Shown here: piece after piece, positions 39,446 to 42,399 of the stretch | Numbering within the stretch: position 1 is the stretch's first letter | Layout of the letters: every line of letters starts with the position of its first letter | Source: Fidelibacterota bacterium | GTDB lineage: Bacteria; Fidelibacterota; Marinisomatia; Marinisomatales; TCS55 | Length of the DNA stretch: 42,399 bases | Assembly (NCBI GenBank): GCA_027251445.1 | Contig: JAPNQO010000041.1 | Span: forward strand, 1-42,399 | Reading direction: 5' to 3' | Notes under the pieces: model-generated | The model's input: the letters and a program-made list of their open reading frames with translations, nothing else | Database searches by the model: none | What the model was told of the DNA's origin: nothing | Made by a program: the position numbers and the translations under genes

Positions 39446-40810
39446 ATGAATAGAATTCTTTTAATTGGATTTATTAATTCTTTATTATTCACTCAAAGCA
39501 ATGAGTTTATGAAAGGTGTTGATCTTTCTATGTTAAAACAGGTAGAGGATAACGCGGGTTTATTTTATGATAATGGGAATCAAATTGACCCAATTCAAGA
39601 ATTCAATAGCAAAGGTATTAATACTGTCAGGATTAAAATTTGGCATAATCCATTACTAAACTATAACGATTTAGAAAGTGTCCTTGAAATAGCTGAGCGA
39701 GTAAAAAATGCAGATTTGGATTTATTGTTAGATTTTCATTATTCAGATACTTGGGCAGATCCATCAAACCAAAATAAACCTGCAGCATGGGAAAATTTAA
39801 ATTTTGAAACTCTATGCGATAGCATTGAGCAATATAGCAGGTATGTTATTACTAAATTGAAGAATCAAAATACATTGCCAAAATATGTGCAAATTGGTAA
39901 TGAAACTGACTGCGGGTTTTTATGGCCAGATGGATATGTATGTGGTGAATCAAATAATGATATTCAATGGAATAAGCTAAGAGATTTGTTCATGCATGCT
40001 ATAGAAGGTGTAAATACAGCACTGGATTTTGAAGATTCTTTAAAAATTATTTCACATGTCAGTAGTGGAGGTAATTGGTTCTTTGGTAATCTACTAGAGG
40101 AAGATATTCCTATTGATATTTTAGCAATATCATATTACCCTATGTGGCATGGTACATTGGCTGATTTAAACCAAAATATTAATATGCTTGCGACTCAATT
40201 TGGAAAGCCTGTATTAGTAGTTGAAACCGCATATCCTTTTACCCTTTCTTGGAATGATAACACAAATAATATTTTAGGTTTAGAGACTCAGTTGCTTGAT
40301 GGTTACGAAGCAAGCGAAGAGGGTCAGTTTTCATTTCTTTATGACTTAATTTCACTCGTACATGACAATGATTTTGGGTATGGTATCTGTTATTGGGCAC
40401 CTGATTGGATTTCGACAAGCCAATTTGGAAGTCCATGGGAAAATCAGGCCCTATTTGATTTTGACGGACAGTTGCTAGATGCAGTATCAGTTTTTGATGA
40501 TGCGAATGTTTCAGTCCAAACAAAAAATGAATATAGTATAGGTGGAATATTTAACTATCCCAATCCATTCAACCCTGTTACTAAACTGCGATACACCATA
40601 CCAAAAAACAGTCTGGTTAGCATAATTATCTATGATATGCTAGGTAGACAGGTGAAAACCTTAGTAAATCAAACTCAAAACGCTGGTTACGCATCAGTAA
40701 TATGGGATGCCACCAATGATTACGGTAAACCAGTGAGCGCTGGCATATATCTATATCAGATACAGACTGGTGAATATATACAGACTAAGAAAATGGTGCT
40801 GTTGAAATAA
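39446..40810 (+). CDS. GH53 arabinogalactan endo-beta-1,4-galactanase with T9SS/FlgD-type C-terminal domain
   Basis: KGVDLS, LLDFHYSDTWADP, VQIGNET, SYYP.WHG, VETAYP and WENQALFDF motifs; NYPNPFNP...AGIYLY...KKMVLLK CTD. ATG 39446 gives a signal peptide and is preferred over TTG 39404. Confidence 0.92.
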   Translation: MNRILLIGFINSLLFTQSNEFMKGVDLSMLKQVEDNAGLFYDNGNQIDPIQEFNSKGINTVRIKIWHNPLLNYNDLESVLEIAERVKNADLDLLLDFHYSDTWADPSNQNKPAAWENLNFETLCDSIEQYSRYVITKLKNQNTLPKYVQIGNETDCGFLWPDGYVCGESNNDIQWNKLRDLFMHAIEGVNTALDFEDSLKIISHVSSGGNWFFGNLLEEDIPIDILAISYYPMWHGTLADLNQNINMLATQFGKPVLVVETAYPFTLSWNDNTNNILGLETQLLDGYEASEEGQFSFLYDLISLVHDNDFGYGICYWAPDWISTSQFGSPWENQALFDFDGQLLDAVSVFDDANVSVQTKNEYSIGGIFNYPNPFNPVTKLRYTIPKNSLVSIIIYDMLGRQVKTLVNQTQNAGYASVIWDATNDYGKPVSAGIYLYQIQTGEYIQTKKMVLLK

Positions 40811-40878
40811 TCAGGCGATTTCTACCAATATATAGGGGATAGCTAAACTAAAATCTTAAATAGTAGGGTATAGGGTTG

Positions 40879-42147
40879 TTAAAAAATAACAATTCCATTT
40901 TCATCTGTTTTCATGATTTTCAATCGATTATTATCTTTTTTTCCAAAAAATATAATTCCTCCATCATGAGCATTGGATAAACCAAGAGCAAATCCTCTAC
41001 CAAACTCATTATAATTATTATTCCAAATTTCATCGCTCGAATTGGTGTTAAAAGCCCAGAGATATTGACTGCTATTAGAACTATTTCCCTCATACTTTGA
41101 ACCCATTGCTACAATGGTTTGTCTATCAGGCATAAGAATAAGACTATATAAAGCATCTCCACGTCCTGAATTATTGACATAATCTGGTTCATTCCACTCT
41201 GATAAAACATTCCCAGAGCCATCCATCCTAATATACCAAGCATTTATTGGTTTTTGACGCTGATGTCTTTTCTTGCCAGCTATTCCATATGTCCCATCTT
41301 GAAGATCGATAATATCATATGCAGATTCCCAGTACGATTCTCCAGTCTTACTTTCCTCAAGTATTTGACCTTCGCTATCTGTACTAACAAACCAGAGATC
41401 CGTATAACCATAAAAATCACAATTGTAATCAGAGCTCTCATGTTCAAATTTTCCTACGGCTATGAAACCACCATCTGATTTTTGTATAACAGAATATAAT
41501 TCATCCTCATCGCATTCACCGCCATAACGTTCAATCCATATCAAATTACCATCTACATCGTATCTAGCCATAAATGCAGATTTCTCATTGGTAACAGCAG
41601 AAGTAGTAAACCAACTTCCAACAACGATATAATCTCCCTCCATGGTTTGTATAACATCTCTTCCATGATGCGCTCGATTTCCTGGAAACTTTCTGATCCA
41701 TTCTGTTGCTCCTAAAGAATCAACCTTTATTATGCGTCCTGTAGCATTATAGCTTGGATGATTATCTGTTGTAGCACAGGAGATTACATAACCACCATCA
41801 TTAGTTTTATCAACTGCAGTTGCATAGATGAGACCTGAACCATAATTCCCCTGGGGAATAGGTATCTCTTCGAAAGTTCTACTCCAAATTTCATCACCAA
41901 GTTCATCAAATTTTGTAATCCAGGGTCGGCTAGATCTATGACCTACTGCAACATAACTACAATCTTCCATCATTTTAAGATCGCTACTTGAAGCATTCCC
42001 CAAACTATCAATATTATCTAACTCTTGAATAAATGTTGTTTCTATACCGCAATTATAATTGTTACCTACATTATTATCATCACATTGCGATATCATCAAT
42101 AGAACTGAAATACAAATTCCTAGTTTAAGTGTTATTTTATTTTTCAT
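40879..42147 (-). CDS. Probable lipoprotein with beta-propeller-type repeats
   Basis: Signal peptide ending ISQC; repeated DGG(Y/F)I..G...K.D..G...W units. Confidence 0.7.
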   Translation of the reverse strand: MKNKITLKLGICISVLLMISQCDDNNVGNNYNCGIETTFIQELDNIDSLGNASSSDLKMMEDCSYVAVGHRSSRPWITKFDELGDEIWSRTFEEIPIPQGNYGSGLIYATAVDKTNDGGYVISCATTDNHPSYNATGRIIKVDSLGATEWIRKFPGNRAHHGRDVIQTMEGDYIVVGSWFTTSAVTNEKSAFMARYDVDGNLIWIERYGGECDEDELYSVIQKSDGGFIAVGKFEHESSDYNCDFYGYTDLWFVSTDSEGQILEESKTGESYWESAYDIIDLQDGTYGIAGKKRHQRQKPINAWYIRMDGSGNVLSEWNEPDYVNNSGRGDALYSLILMPDRQTIVAMGSKYEGNSSNSSQYLWAFNTNSSDEIWNNNYNEFGRGFALGLSNAHDGGIIFFGKKDNNRLKIMKTDENGIVIF

Positions 42148-42302
42148 TAAAATCTGATGCCTTAATTTATTTATGAATGGAATATTTATTATTTAATAGA
42201 ATACTTAAACTAAAATATTAAATTTTTACATCATTTCTAAAAGAATATTATGATTACCCATTGATGGATATATTATTGGTAGATTTACGCGTGAAATTAT
42301 TT

Positions 42303-42399
42303 ATGAAAAATATAATTACATATGGATTGTCCATACTTTTAATGGCTTCTGTTATACATGTTGATTATCATGTGGATGTAGAACAAGATGGATATAACA
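42303..42399 (+). CDS. 3'-partial ORF with signal-peptide-like start
   Basis: MKNIITYGLSILLMASVIHVDYHVDVEQDGYN runs off the window. Confidence 0.45.
   Translation, partial: MKNIITYGLSILLMASVIHVDYHVDVEQDGYN

Noticed and set aside
38811..42399. Prophage or integrative element at tRNA-Leu
   Set aside because: No integrase, transposase or duplicated tRNA 3' end is seen, and the accessory genes lie on the tRNA 5' side.

Overview
AT-rich bacterial chromosome segment, mostly + strand. It is most likely from an FCB-group marine bacterium such as Marinimicrobia/SAR406, inferred from the T9SS-type C-terminal domains, GWxTD, DUF6029 and DUF4295-like genes. Housekeeping genes include rlmB, gltX, glnS, smpB, tyrS, trxA, trxB, a heptose kinase, an inositol monophosphatase, an alanine/glycine symporter, rnhB, lepB and six tRNAs. 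There is also a 2861-aa secreted protein with about 24 Ig-like repeats and a secreted GH53 galactanase. The main finding is missed by the ORF track. The 527-aa ORF at 22351 is the 3' part of a longer gene (ATG 22174) with a signal peptide and an in-frame TGA (22267-22269) at the first position of a UxxC redox motif. A GC-rich SECIS-like hairpin starts 11 nt after the TGA. This predicts a secreted Omp28-like selenoprotein with TSP3, dockerin-like and T9SS C-terminal domains, encoded with a TlpA redoxin and a Cys-pair DUF6029 beta-barrel, which together suggest an envelope redox relay. No sel genes are in the window, so Sec decoding is unproven. A second finding is a candidate ~90-nt sRNA with repeated GGU motifs, a promoter-like element and a terminator, downstream of tRNA-Leu.
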